A stretch of 64,000 nucleotides of DNA from Eledone cirrhosa (GCA_964016885.1 OZ024746.1:56544001-56608000); one strand, 5' to 3'. Positions 15,480-30,568 are shown, counted from the first letter of the stretch. Numbers and translations are program-made. Notes: generated by a model from the letters alone, not told the origin.

Positions 15480-16850
15480 TCTCCTACATGGATATACAGT
15501 AGTGGCCGTACTCGAAAACGAGTTACAGTTCTATTAATGAGCTGTACTTACATCTACCTAGCTAGTCGGACTTTTTCTGATCCTGTGAAGCTCCTTCTCT
15601 AAGGATTTGTACTCGGGTATGTAATAACATATCCCAGAATCCCAATGACATCTGCTGGGCAGCTGATTTATAGCAGTGTGCATGCATTCCCTTTTTGTCC
15701 CATATCATTATGACTGGTTTGTATAATTTGCATTTTATTGCAGTTTTGACTGGATCCTTTACCAGTAGTCTTTTCTGTTACATATGATTATGTACTCCAC
15801 GTGACTGTAATTCTTTTTTATGTTTATTCTCAGGACTATCGTTCCTACCGGTAGCGTTGTATAATGTTTAGAACACTATAACATGCTTCATAGATAGATC
15901 GTATGTTGACATCTTTGAACAGCTGCTTATGATGTGGTGACATATTCGATTTTTATTCCGCAGAATCTGCATCTGTTACCTCATCTAGTTGTTTATGCTT
16001 GCAGCCCTATAACTTTTACACACTAGGTATTTCGTTTTTATATTCTGTTCTTGCATTGCAAAGACATATCCTTTAAATTGAGAGGCATTATACCGGTTGT
16101 TTGTCCAATATAAGATTGTTTGTATCTATATTACTCTCAGGTTGAAGCTTTCTAGAAACATAGCCATACATGATTATTAGCTTATGAGCCTGGAGATTTT
16201 TGGCCATGATTTAATTCCTGTATTGCTGTGCACATTATATGTTATGTATGTGTGTGTGTGTGTGTGTGTGTGAGCAGCGAGTATTTCCCAAGAAGCTCCT
16301 TCCCAAATCTCATAATATTATCTGCTTCATGTAGACAGACTTGTTGTATAGATGGGATTCTACGCTTAGTGGTGTACACATGTTGTCGAAAGGATATGAT
16401 GTGACAATCAAAAGCTTTTGGGATTGTTGTTATATGCCACCTCCCTGTTTATTTTTCAGGTAGAGTAGGTCTATGTCACTGTCGATACGGCCATTTGCTG
16501 TGCCGGACGTTCCTGGTATTAACATCAATGATTTCCAATCAAGTAGTCCAAATGTTGGTGTCAGCACAGGCCCAAGAAATATATTTTGCGTAGACAGTTC
16601 AGAGGACTGTATTTTCTTATTCGCATCTCATTCCCTATTAAGAATTCCATCATTGGATGTATTTTTATCCATCGTTAATTAACTGGTACCAGATACCAGT
16701 TAAACCGACGGACCACTGATGAAAATCTTGCTAAATTGCTTTGTACGTTTTCCTTGATTTCACTCATTTATGTGCATATATTCTGGCCAAAATACATTCC
16801 CTATATATTTCGAGAACGTCGAAACAATGACAAGGTTTTCTTCATTCTAT
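15480..16850 (-). mobile_element. Decayed Dong/R4-like non-LTR retrotransposon (3' part of ORF)
   Basis: Minus-strand peptides in the expected order: DSDIDLLYLKNKQGGG (~16440-16490), GYVFAMQEQNIKTKYL (~16025-16072), CRFC..E..HIISSC zinc knuckle (~15915-15972), ISCPAD and VIGILG (~15630-15670). Confidence 0.75.
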
Positions 16851-18113
16851 CTATATTTATGGCATAAATGTTTAACTAATATATAAGTTTGTATGTATGT
16901 ATGCGCTGAGACATAGAAGTAATTAGGCTAGATACCCAGTCATGCGCTTAAATCAGTGGCATTGAAGAACACCTAGCATGTGTCAGGGCATTCTTCTAGG
17001 AGAAGGCAACTCAGGAAACTAGGATAACTCCGACATAAAACCTGCGGCTCAGTAGTTACCGATAGTGTTGATCATTTCGTTTTTCTGGTTATAGCTACTG
17101 TCGCTCAGAGAGTGAGATTGGCTCAGTGCACAGTCTTTCCTCATTAAAAAAAATCTTTACGCACACGCATTGCACGAAAGTATTAATTGATAATTATTAA
17201 TGATGTTATATCACGTAATGGACATACTAGATGACGAGGGGGGCAGCCACCAACATCATGTGTGTGTGTGTGTGTGTATGTATGCGTGCATGTATGTATG
17301 CACGTATGTATGTAAGGTTGTATGTGTGTGTGTATGTATATATGTATGTATGCATGTATGTATGAAGATATGTGTGCCTTTGCATGCAGGTCTATTTTTT
17401 GTACGTATGTAATTTTAAGTCAGTGTATATGTGTATTTCTTAATTACTGGCGTTTTAAGAGTGTTTTGCTTCAATAGCGTACTAGAATGCATAAAACAGT
17501 AGTGGAGGCGAGTCTGGCAGATCCTTATAATGCTTTCTGTCAGGATACTATCTACAATTCATATAATACTAAACTTTCAGTATGCATAGACGGTTGGCTA
17601 AATAACCATATGTATGCTCTGGAGTATGATGATATAAATACACATATAAGTGTTTATGTGCATGTATGTTAATAAGATTTGAATATGTAAACACACATTA
17701 CACATTAGATAACCAAATACATCAATATGAACAGCAAATGAAAAATCACAAAAACATAGACATTTATTCAGCCAATCCTATATTATTTCATGTAAATTGA
17801 TTCTGTGAATGTGCTCTCAAGTTGAAATACTATCAAATGATATTACTATAATTGCTGCCAGTTAGATTTCACGGAAATGAAATTAGAGTTTTCCTAATAC
17901 TTAAAAAGGTACTAAATATAACATGATATACATAATATATATAGAGAACCAGGTTCACAGACTCGCAGACACATGGAGTCAGATACAAACACACACACAC
18001 ACATATATATATATAATATATGCGTGTCTGTATGTTGGTCTGTATCTCACCCCATGTCTCTCTCCCTCCTTGTATATACAGACACACACACACACACATA
18101 TATATATAAATAT

Positions 18114-18227
<114 letters not shown>

Positions 18228-18962
18228 TTCAGGTTATCAATAATGTAGTGATAATATATCGTTACGTTAGAGATGAACAGCGTACGTGCAGGTTTGCTCA
18301 ACGAGTATAAATTATATTCCGGAGAAATGTAGAAAGGATGAATATAAAATTTGTCAAAATAGATATGAACATTCTTTATTAGTCTTAATTCTATCAACTC
18401 TTCTATTATTTACCTTTTAATACAAACTGCTATAGATAAAATGAGATTTCTGATTTTTTGATTCAATTCCCGAGTGCAAATACCAGCTGACTACTAGCAT
18501 TGATGTTATTTAGTAGCAATCGAAATCTCCCCCTTCCCCAATTGACACTTTATGATTAATACTACTGCACCAAATGACCAGCCCTGTCCACTGTCCAGTT
18601 GGTCAAGTAGAGATTAAAATCGGCACCCCCAAAATTCTTATTTAGATTTACTCATGGTATTCTCATTAAAAACCCATTATATACTTGTTTAGCAGTAAAT
18701 TATTTTACCATCTGTCATATTCTATCCCCTCTGTTCCTTCCTCTTTTACTAATATAAATACTTCAATTTTTCTGATTTTATCCAGTTTATCCAAAATCTC
18801 TGAAGAAGTGACAACTGATTATACATTTGCTATCGAATACTTGCTAACATTATATGATTACGCAAGCAGCGATACATAGGTATTCGGTCTGTTACAGAAA
18901 CATATGTCAATACCTAATAAATTCCTTTTTTAACAAAAGCACTTTCATTTTATATTCATCCT

Positions 18963-19037
<75 letters not shown>

Positions 19038-19062
19038 TGTAATAAACAACATAAGGCAATTA

Positions 19063-19122
19063 TTCCATTTACCAGTGGTTTCTTAAAAGCAAAAGATTTT
19101 GCTTTCAATCATCAGAATGAAA
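19063..19122 (-). ncRNA. Type I hammerhead in fold-back insert 19031-19357; mutated plus copy at 19200-19260
   Basis: Minus strand: UUUCAUU-CUGAUGA-UUGAAAGCAAAA/UUUUGCUUUUAA-GAAA-CCACUG-GUA|AAUGGAA. The plus copy has CUGAUUA. Confidence 0.85.
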
Positions 19123-19356
19123 AAATCCTGGTCTGTTTATTAAATTTGGATTTTAAAAACCGTTTTTAATATCCAAATTTAATAAACAGACCAGAATTAT
19201 TTCATTCTGATTATTGAAAGCAACATTTTTTTGCTTTTAAGAAACCACTGGTAAATGGAATAATTGCCTTATGTTGTTTATTACATAACTATTAAGCTCT
19301 GTTACCTACATAGAGCACTCTTTTTTCCTGGACTTTTCCGACGGAATTACTTCATT

Positions 19357-19425
<69 letters not shown>

Positions 19426-19580
19426 AAGGAAAATGGATGAAATCGAAAATGCAACTGATGCCTTTTTTATAAAAATATATATTTATTTGGTACCTTTACC
19501 GGTTTCGCAGTTCTTCTGCTTTTCAAAATTAGAATTGAGATGGAGGGTTTGTGGTTTTCGTCACATATGTATATTTTCAC

Positions 19581-19656
<76 letters not shown>

Positions 19657-19761
19657 GTGTGCGCGTGTATGTGTGTGTATCCGTGAGTGTATGTTGCCCT
19701 ATGTAAAATATACATGTGTGTGTGTGTGATTAATAGAGGTGTATATGAAATCATATTCATT

Positions 19762-19837
19762 TTCACCTGATGAGCTCAGTGATAATCGATCATGGCTTTG
19801 CAATCGATCTATCTCTTATTGAAACATGTGTCGTGAT
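19762..19837 (+). ncRNA. Type I hammerhead candidate
   Basis: UCAC-CUGAUGA-..AUCGAU/AUCGAU..-GAAAC-AUGU-GUC|GUGA. The base of stem II is weak. Confidence 0.65.
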
Positions 19838-19895
19838 TAAATGATTGGAATGTTACCTTGCCTTCGGATTGTCATTTTGATATATATATATATAT

Positions 19896-21462
19896 GGATG
19901 TGTATATAATGTATTTTGCAATACACTTTATGCTTAATTAAAAGCATTTTGAAGACCGTAAGCTATTGTTTTAAAGTAGTGACAAATTCACTCACTTTGA
20001 TCTCAGCAAACAGGGGAGATGAGCCGACATGACATGTTTCGCTTTTGTTGAAGCTTATCAAGGCCAACTACCCCGCCTGTCTACTGAGATCAATGATGTT
20101 ATATTCTTATAGAAATCTAGTAAATAATCAGGAGCTGATTATGCAGAGCGGTTGTTGGTCAGGCAGAAATTAAAAATTAGAATTGGAGCTCTGAAATAGC
20201 AATATATATATGGATGTATATATAATGTATATTGCAATACACTTTATGCTTAATTAAAAGCATTTTGGAGACCGTAAGCTATTGTTTTAAAGTAGTGACA
20301 AATTCACTCACTTTGATCTCAGCAAACAGGGGAGATAAGCCGACATGACATGTTTCGCTTTTGTTGAAGCTTATCAAGGCCAACTACCCCGCCTGTCTAC
20401 TGAGATCAATGATGTTATATTCTTATAGAAATCTAGTAAATAATCAGGAGCTGATTATGCAGAGCGGTTATTGGTCAGGCAGAAATTAAAAATTAGAATT
20501 GGAGCTCTGAAATAGCAATATATATATGGATGTATATATAATGTATATTGCAATACACTTTATGCTTAATTAAAAGCATTTTGGAGACCGTAAGCTATTG
20601 TTTTAAAGTAGTGACAAATTCACTCACTTTGATCTAAGCAAACAGGGGAGAAAAGCCGACATGACATGTTTCGCTTTATCTCCCCTGTTTGCTGAGATCA
20701 AAGTGAGTGAATTTGTGACTACTTTAAAACAATAGCTTACGGTCTTCAAAATGCTTTTAATTAAGCATAAAGTGTATTGCAAAATACATTATATATACAT
20801 CCATATATATATTGCTATTTCAGAGCTCCAATTCTAATTTTTAATTTCTGCCTGACCAACAACCGCTCTGCATAATCAGCTCCTGATTATTTACTAGATT
20901 TCTATAAGAATATAACATCATTGATCTCAGTAGACAGGCGGGGTAGTTGGCCTTGATAAGCTTCAACAAAAGCGAAACATGTCATGTCGGCTTATCTCCC
21001 CTGTTTGCTGAGATCAAAGTGAGTGAATTTGTCACTACTTTAAAACAATAGCTTACGGTCTTCAAAATGCTTTTAATTAAGCATAAAGTGTATTGCAAAA
21101 TACATTATATATACATCCATATATATATTGCTATTTCAGAGCTCCAATTCTAATTTTTAATTTCTGCCTGACCAACAACCGCTCTGCATAATCAGCTCCT
21201 GATTATTTACTAGATTTCTATAAGAATATAACATCATTGATCTCAGTAGACAGGCGGGGTAGTTGGCCTTGATAAGCTTCAACAAAAGCGAAACATGTAT
21301 GTCGCCTTATCTCCCCTGTTTGCTGAGATCAAAGTGAGTGAATTTGTCACTACTTTAAAACAATAGCTTACGGTCTTCAAAATGCTTTTAATTAAGCATA
21401 AAGTGTATTGCAAAATACATTATATATACATCCATATATATATTGCTATTTCAGAGCTCCAA

Positions 21463-21468
<6 letters not shown>
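19896..21468. mobile_element. Palindromic array of 316-bp HHR monomers (about 2.5 copies minus, then about 2.5 copies plus)
   Basis: GGATG unit start at 19896, 20212, 20528. Strand switch near 20676. TA tracts on both sides. Confidence 0.92.
20921..21017 (+). ncRNA. Type I hammerhead with U3-A8 core; copies at 21237-21332 (+), 19997-20093 (-), 20313-20409 (-)
   Basis: GGCC-UUGAUAA-GCUU(caacaa)AAGC-GAAA-CAUGUCAU-GUC|GGCU, with outer helix UUGAUCUCAGUAGACAGG/CCUGUUUGCUGAGAUCAA. Confidence 0.85.
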
Positions 21469-21537
<69 letters not shown>

Positions 21538-22596
21538 ATCGGAGTCGGGACATTTAGAGTAAGAGAAGAAGGCATATATGTACATATACATACATATATT
21601 TATATTTATACATTATATATGTCCCTCTTCCTTCATGCACTGCTGACGATGTTTAATTCTTATTTTCTCCCTATCTATTGAGTGTTCATTTGTAAACGAT
21701 ATATATCGGATACATTAAATAAGAACTGCGTTAGTTAAATACGTACACATAGACTAACAGATACATGATACTATTTATATACGTACAAGTATATATTCGT
21801 GACTACACAAATAATATTTATCTCTAATTTCCTCTGCATATATCATAGGGTTCTCAGAAGCCCGATGAACATATCCCAGAGCTCTCTGGTTCTTTCAAGA
21901 TTTGCAAATCGTTCAGCAGTGACACTAACTCAAATCATACTGCCATGAAATAGTCTATATAGAAATTTGCTTGATGATCATTTGATTAACGTACTCATTT
22001 GAGTAATAAAAATTGGAAACATCGGCTGGAAATGCTAAATGTTATAGAATCCGAGCTTGGCTGGTTATATTTAATTGATGGTAGCTACAAAACATAGTTT
22101 TAGCATAACCTAGGTGCATATGAAAAGATATATATACATATAAAATATGGTTATATTCAATAAAAATATGGGCAAGCCTCTTTGTTAAAGAAAAATAAAT
22201 GTTTGCAATTAAAATAATTCATTATCTTTATATTCCTTTGTGAATATATCAGAGATTTGCCAGTAAGCTCTAAAAATGTCACAGCGCTGTTAATCTTTCA
22301 TTAGTGACTATAACACGAAGTCTATATACAGCTAACTCATTTTTTTTTTATGCATCCTACACGTGTAAAAGATATAGGGATAAGAAGCTGAATATGCATT
22401 TGGAATCTTTAAGACCGCTTATTTACAATAAATTATAACTTTACCAGTTACACACAATTGTTGATAAACCGTCTTAAGGAATCCAAATGCATTTTCAACT
22501 TTTTATATAAACACATTTACGATTACACGAATATGCAGTGGTTGTTAGGTTCTAAGAAAAATTCTGCGAATAAACGGGACCGCGAATGCCGCGGTT

Positions 22597-22649
<53 letters not shown>

Positions 22650-22945
22650 GGGGGGGGGTTAGCGTGGGTGTGGGAACGTATATTTATAAATGTTTTATAT
22701 TTTCTGTCATTTGTGTAATGCTGATACATTTACGTATCACACAAAACCACACATTTGAAATTTTCACCTATTAGAAAAAAGTCGAATTTTGTTGTTTTAG
22801 TATAATTATTTTATTGTTAAGTCAAGTTGCTCATACTGGTGTTTTTATCCACTGGTCACTCCTAATCAACCAGTAAAAGTATGCCCCTCCACATCACTAT
22901 TATGTTGTTTACATTCAATTTATCTGAGAAAACGCCTTCAACTCT

Positions 22946-23316
22946 AATGTATAAGAGTTGTTCGGAATTTATACTGTGATTTGCAAGTACTTTATGAGCG
23001 GAAATGCAGGAAGTTTTTATATAATTTTTTTATTTTATCGCAACATATTTCAATGCTGAAACAAAATACTGCGACTACTGCTAGAGCTGATACAGTTAAT
23101 GTTTCGGATATAGGTGTTGTTGTTGCAATTGTTCCAGTTTATTTTTTTCTTAATATATTTCCTTTACATTAAATCACTTCACAAGAAGATGTCCGGGGGA
23201 AATTTGGCTTCAACAACTCACTCAAGGTTAAGACTACAAAAGGATCTACTGCATGGTGCCCCTTGCACTTACATACATATTTTATATTCAAACCTGAAAA
23301 TAATTGCACATATAAT

Positions 23317-23402
<86 letters not shown>

Positions 23403-23865
23403 GAGAGATGTAAATAGGGAAAAAAAAAACGATTTTTTTCTGGGTTAGAAAATGTTTAAAACAACATATTTTACTTTGTGTGAAGTGTTAGGGTATTAGT
23501 TAATGTATTTATTAATTAACAATAACATTGATTTATTTAGTGATTAATTTATTTATTTAAAAAGTGTCAATTACCGGTTTCAGCATTTTATGCCTTATCA
23601 AATTATGTGAGTGGGAGAGAAAAAAAGGGGAGAAATTTTATTGGTATAAAATGTAGGAGAAAAGATAAGGTGATGTTCAACATGCTATTGAAATGGGAAA
23701 TAAAGAATAATATTATTTACAGGCATAGTTCTTGAGGATAAGCAGTTCAAAAAGTGTTATTATGGGAAGTGGGCTTAGAGAAGTTGATTCATCATGGCTC
23801 CATAATGGATCAACTTCTCCCTATTTACATATATGTATATATTCAAACTCGTGTGCTCTTTCTTC

Positions 23866-23896
<31 letters not shown>

Positions 23897-24074
23897 TTCG
23901 TTTCTAAATTTGTTTAGTAAGATTTTTTATCTGAAAACCTGTGTGGAAACCGATATTGTTATGTATATATATATTTACACACATAAACATTTATACATAC
24001 ATACACACACATATAACCATTTATATATAGATTCATATATTAATACATGAATCTATATACATACATCTGTATAT

Positions 24075-24145
<71 letters not shown>

Positions 24146-25127
24146 GTGGAGAAGGAGCACACGATTTGGAATATATACATATATGTAAATAGGGAGAAGT
24201 TGATCCATGATGGAGCCATGATGAATCAACTTCTCTAAGCCCACCTCCCATAATAACACTTTTTGAACTGCTTATCCTGAAGGACTATGCCTGTAAATAA
24301 TATTATCCTTTCTTTCCCATTACCATATCATGTTCCACATCAGCTCTTTTTTCTTACTTCAAAAACCTTGTTTGTAAATAATATTATTCTTTATTTCCCA
24401 TTTCAATAGCATGTTGAACATCACCTTATCTTTTCTCCTACATTTTATACCAATAAAAATTCTCCCCTTTTTTTCTCTCCCACTCACATAATTTGATAGG
24501 GCATAAAATGCTGAAACCGGTTATTGACAATTTTTAAATAAATAAATTAATCAATAAATAAATCAATGTTATTGTTAATTAATAAATGCATTAACTAATA
24601 GCCTAACACTTCACACGAAGTAAAATATTTTGCTTTAAACATTTTCTAACCTAGAAAAAAAATCGTTTTCTTTTCTCTCTATTTACATATATCTATCTAT
24701 CTCGCACTCTCTCTCTCTCTATATATATATATACATTTATATATATATAGGATTACATGTGCAATTATTTTCAGGTTTGAATATAAAATATGTATGTGTA
24801 TGTAAGTGAAAGGGACACCATGCAGTAGATCCTTTTGTAGTCTTAACCTTGAATGAGTTGTTGAAGCCAAATTTCCCCCGGACATCTTCTTGTGAAGTGA
24901 TTTAATCTAAAGGAAATATGTTAAGAAAAAAATAAACTGGAACAATTGCAACAACACCTATATCCGAAACGTTAACTGTATCATCTCCAGCAGTAGTCGC
25001 AGTATTTTGTTTCAGCATTGATATATGTTGCGATAAAATAAAAAAAACTCTATAAAAACTTCCTGTATTTCCGCTTACAAAGTACTTGCAAATCACAGTA
25101 TAAATTCCGAACAACTCTCATACATTA
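22946..25127. repeat. Diverged inverted repeat with about 930-bp arms (22946-23870 / 24143-25127); likely an older PLE inversion
   Basis: The arms are reverse complements with scattered substitutions (mirror ORFs 23114 vs 24697, 22981 vs 24902). One HHR per arm. Confidence 0.85.
23568..23606 (-). ncRNA. Minimal type I hammerhead with U3-A8 core; mutated plus copy near 24488-24527
   Basis: Minus strand: AAU-UUGAUAA-GGCAU(aaa)AUGCU-GAAA-CCG-GUA|AUU. Confidence 0.7.
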
Positions 25128-26271
25128 TATATATGAACAACTCTCATACATTATATATATAAAGCTTATATAATTTAACTATATACATTATATTCGTGTT
25201 TGAAATATGTACGTAATATGTATTTACATATGCGTGTGTGTGTTTGCTTGGGTGGGTGTCTTCTTGGTTGTCCATCGTAAACGATGATGACATCTTCTTT
25301 ATTGCTGTTCCCGTCTGCTGTGGACACGAAGGTGGCTGCAGAGGCCGATCCTTGACTTGCAGGTGCGGGGAGAATGGGGGCAGGGGAAGAGACCGGACTC
25401 AGACTGGCAACTCCCACAGGTTACTTCCACGTGTTACCTCCACCTCTTGCCTATCGCCGCAGGGCTTTGGGAGTGCACGCTAAAGAAGAAACCTATGCGG
25501 GAAAGGTTTATAGTGGGAGGGCCAGTGCATAGTGACGGTCCCACTCACTCGGCCGCAGAAGTCAGAATCCGGTGGTACGGAGGACAGTCACGACCAGGGA
25601 CTTCCTTGGCTACAGAGGATGGCCACGACGTATGTAGGACCTTACCGTGCCCTAGGGCTCCACACCGCTTGCTGTCGCCGCCTTCGTGACCGTTGGGACG
25701 ATGTTTTCCTCCTCCACTCACTCTGCCGGGTCCAGTCTTCGCATGCAGGGGCAGGCATCCCCTATCTAACTCACCGGGTCTTTCAGACCCGTCCGTCTAC
25801 CCTCAACCTGGTTCCGCCCGCCAGCCAAGGCGGTTTACCGAGGTGTAGCCGCTGCCGCATGCTACAGCTTCTTGCGGCCATATGTGAAAATTGAGTGTCA
25901 GGTGGGACCCAATGCAGGATGAGCTGTCCTGAAAAGGGCATGAGTAGCCCTCCCCCCTACAGAGGTACATGCCCCTCCCTGATGCCCCAGGCATATACAC
26001 ACGCATACACATACATATGTACATGTGTATATACATATTTACACATTGTTGGATAGCCGTTGACTCTTATGAGTTTTGTTTTTTGTCCTGCAGTGTGTCC
26101 AAAATCACCCTCCTCACCAAGTAAACTTTGTGGGGTTGCCAGTTTAGTCGCCGACATGTATATGTGTGTGTACGTATATATTTTATTACTTTGTATACTT
26201 TCGGAGAGAAATAATGGAGAAGAAATAATGAAAGCTGCGCATTGATAAATACATAATTATTTATCATATAT

Positions 26272-26460
26272 GGCGGTGGATTGGCAGTATCGGTAGAGGG
26301 TCGGACGCCATGCTTTCCAGCATAGTTACGTCCCTTTACGATCTGAGTTCAAATCCCGCCGAGTTTGACTTTGCCTTTCATCCTTACGGGGTCGATAAAA
26401 TAAAAGTACCAGTAATGCACTGGATAATTGCTGGCCTTGTGCCTAAAATAGAAACAATTA
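26272..26460 (+). mobile_element. MetaSINE-like SINE
   Basis: Full-length match to the same family; imperfect TSD ATTATT(T)ATCATATA. Confidence 0.88.
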
Positions 26461-26593
26461 TTTGATCATATATGTACCTATGTATATGATACGTATTCGT
26501 ATGACATGACATTATAAGTGCATGTGCACCTTTTTATATATAATTATAAGCACGTTTCATATAACTTGATACGTGTGAGTTGTACACAAGTGC

Positions 26594-26658
<65 letters not shown>

Positions 26659-28212
26659 AGTGTGTAGTGCGTTTGTGTGTGTTTGTGTTTGCATGTGTAT
26701 GTATTTGTGTAGGTGTGTGTGTGTATGAACATTTGTATATATGTCTGTATGGATGTATGTATAAGTCTGTATTAATAGTTTACACGTGATGTGACGCACA
26801 CGCATTACCAAATAAAATATCTTGTCTTGTTGATCGCATTTTCCTTTTGACCTAGATTCGTGACCTCTCTCGAATTGTGGTACGATGATACAGGATGAGA
26901 GGTGTTCAGATATTCCAACATCCTCCATCCTCATAATTCGCTTACTCTTTTTCTATCTTTCTAACTCTCACTCTCACCCCCTCCACTCTCTCTACCAATC
27001 TTAACTGGGTTATCATTCTTTGGAAATAACGAGGTTTGGAAAGGAATTGACCTATTTTTCTTATCGTTACCTCAGAAAAAGATGGTTTATATTCTATCTC
27101 CTCTTGCATGGTTTAATAATCTCACAGTATAAGAAGAAATAGCTAATGGCATTGTTTTCATACCCACTCTTCCTATCATAGAGAACTGTGCTTGAATGCT
27201 ACATGCATGAAATGGTAAATAATAATTTTGGGGAAAAATCCTTTATCGGGATATTCTAGTATGTACATGTTAAAGAATAGATTTATTTGCTCATCGATGT
27301 ATATATTATATAGTCATTCATGCGAAGATCATGATTGGACATAGAGCTATAGTCAAGTTTTGCTTGAATTTTGATATCCGAATGCGCGAACAATAAGCCG
27401 AGCCTAATCACCTCGAAAAGTAAAAAAAGGAAGGAACAATATGTGCAAGTAAGGGCAAACAACTCTTCTCCACACACACAGGCACACGCAATCACGAAGA
27501 CCAACTTAAGAGGCTGGATTAATACTATGGAACCAACACTCTGCATAGATCATAGAAAGTGAGACTCTGGATATGCTTATCTTTATTTTCCTGTACATAC
27601 CACTAAAATGACCCGGCCGCAGTCGGAATGACCAGGATCATAGTATCTGCTCAATCAGTAATAAGCTTAACAGAACGTTTTAGAGAGTGAAACATATACA
27701 TATCCCCTCTACTCGTGCACATATAGGTATATAGGTATATATGAAAGAATTAATCCACACACACATGAGTATATGCAGTTTATTCTTGGCAACATTTAAC
27801 AAAACACCTAAGAACAACAAAGATCCACATAGTTGAAAGCCGCAACAATATGCACAACAAAGAGCAATAACAGTAAGAACAACATTAAGTAACAACACAA
27901 CAACAAACGTAACGACTGCAAATATTGCAGTAGCAACGACGTCTGCGAATGTGAAACGACAGTGACAACAATATCAACACTAACTACTAAAACAAAACTA
28001 AGAACAACAAAATCAGCGTGAGTACCACCAACAACAGTATTACAACAATTGTTATAACGACTAGACCACACCCGACCCGTTGGGGCTCTTTCACTTCAAA
28101 ATATGTTTCAAAAACCATGTTCACTTAACAATAATTTTTAAATAACTAAAATATACACAGACATGTATATAATGTGAAATGAAACTGGAAGGCCCATATA
28201 TATACGTGTGTG

Positions 28213-28293
<81 letters not shown>

Positions 28294-28739
28294 GTGAGTT
28301 TGTATACATATATATATGTATGGGTATGTGCATATATATATATATTAATGTGTGTCTGTGAACCATATAATCTATATACACTGGTCATAGACACACACGC
28401 ACATATATATATACACAACAACACTACCAGCCCTATCACTCTTCCATCCTCCTTCCCCGTCTCTTCTCGCTCTATGTTTCTCTTTCGATCTATTCTCTCA
28501 TTACTACTATCTCTTTCTCTCTATCCTTCTCTCTCCCTTTCTATTCATGAAGGTACCCAGAAAACCCAATATCTCGGAAGCCCGTACTTCCACTTAGGCG
28601 AAACTTGTTTTATTCCATTTGTATTCCCATTTTTGGGGCAACTTCTTTCAAAGTATGTTCACATTATGCACCCTTTTGGCTGGCAAGCAAGCAAGCAAGC
28701 AACCACAGACTTTTAGTATTATATAGATAGATACAGAGG

Positions 28740-28950
28740 GTGGTGGATTGGCAGTATCCGTAGAGGGTTCGAACGCCTAACCCTAACCCCTTATGATCTG
28801 AATTCAAATCCAGCCGTGGTTAACTGTGCCTTTAACCCTTACGGGGTCGATAAAATGAAGTACCAGTCACACACTGGGTCGAATTAATCTGCTCCCCAAC
28901 AACAACAACAACAAAAAATTGCTGGCGTTATGCCTATATAAGAAACCATT
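28740..28950 (+). mobile_element. MetaSINE-like SINE
   Basis: Family match. Confidence 0.82.
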
Positions 28951-29414
28951 ATATAGATAGTTATGAAGACAACAAAACAATACCAGCCTAACGACCACGA
29001 CTAACAGCAACAACAACGAGAACAAAAGCAACATCAATAACAACAGGATCTACAAAAAGAACAACGCTATTGGTAACATGCAAGATGGCGGAGTATTTGT
29101 CCGTCAAGACGACTCCTCGATAATCGAGGAATCGAAACCTGCATAACGAGGCAGGTATATCGATCGGTGCAGGTGATGTGATACAGGTAAAATATGTGAC
29201 TAATTAGCAATGATGTCATTAATATAAAACTAATTATCTAGTTCATGCAGTAGAAATACGAAAACATATATTGTAATAAAGGAATTATATAAAAATGAGT
29301 ATTGGACGTTTTCATAATTAGTTAAGTCTTTATTAATACTTGTAGCAATTAGCATCACCTTAGACGCATTAAAGTTGAGCAGTCAACAGATACATTTACA
29401 TTTACAGTCACACT

Positions 29415-29540
<126 letters not shown>

Positions 29541-29578
29541 CGTGTGTGTGTGTGTGTGTGTGTGTGCGTGTGTGTACG

Positions 29579-29615
<37 letters not shown>

Positions 29616-29665
29616 ATAATATATATGTTACTACAGAGTAACATAATGCACTATTTAGCTTTAAT

Positions 29666-29717
<52 letters not shown>

Positions 29718-30359
29718 CATTTCAATTTTTCCGTTTATATATATATATATATATATAGATATATATCGATATGTAATCATTTTATTAACGCTAAATAGTG
29801 CATTATGTTACTCTGGAATTCAGCCTGTTTATCAGAGGGCCATCAGGCTATATATACATATATATATATGTATATATATATATATATCTTTTTTCTTTTC
29901 TTGTTGCCAATGTGCCACTATTATCAGCGGTGCACGTGGCTGACCCTCCTCTCCGTTTGATCAGTTCATTATTTTTACCGCACACATTCTTTAATTCTGT
30001 CACGTGCCTCTATTGTTACGTTCTCTCCCGCTTCCGTGCTAATCAACAGTCCGGTTGCGGCTATTACTGTGTTTTCTCGTCTCTATGCTTCGAACCGCCC
30101 ATGTTCGTCACATGTTGAGGGAGAGAGAGAGAGAAAGTGAGAGTGGGAGAGTGGAGGGTGCAGGAGATCTGTTATCTGGATATATTTCTTTATATATTGA
30201 CATAATGCAGTATTGGTACATATCGACATGAATACTTTATGACAAGAAATGTTTCATTCTTTTGTGAAAGATAGATTCTCATGATTTCTTCACTGAAAGG
30301 AAGGGCTGTCCTCCTGTAATGAAAAACAAAAACAAAATCAAGTGCCATTACTATATCAT

Positions 30360-30568
30360 ATAATTGTTTCTATTTGTGGCACAAGGCCAGCAATTATCCC
30401 ATGCATTACTTTATTTTATCGACCCAGAACTTTATTTTATCGACCCCGTAAGGATGAAAAGCAAATTTAACCGTGGCATGATTTGAACTCAGACCGTAAA
30501 GGGACGTAATTCTATGCTGCTAAGCATGGCGTCCGACCCTCTACTAATACTGCCAATCCACCGCCCTT
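30360..30568 (-). mobile_element. MetaSINE-like SINE
   Basis: Family match with a small internal duplication. Confidence 0.85.

Noticed and set aside
26272-26360. tRNA gene
   Set aside because: The A/B boxes belong to a multicopy SINE head; no cloverleaf.
28776-28790. CCTAACCCTAACCC telomere-like repeat
   Set aside because: Only two units, inside a SINE copy.
29047-29146. Short open frame IYKKNNAIGNMQDGGVFV
   Set aside because: Too short and no recognisable homology.
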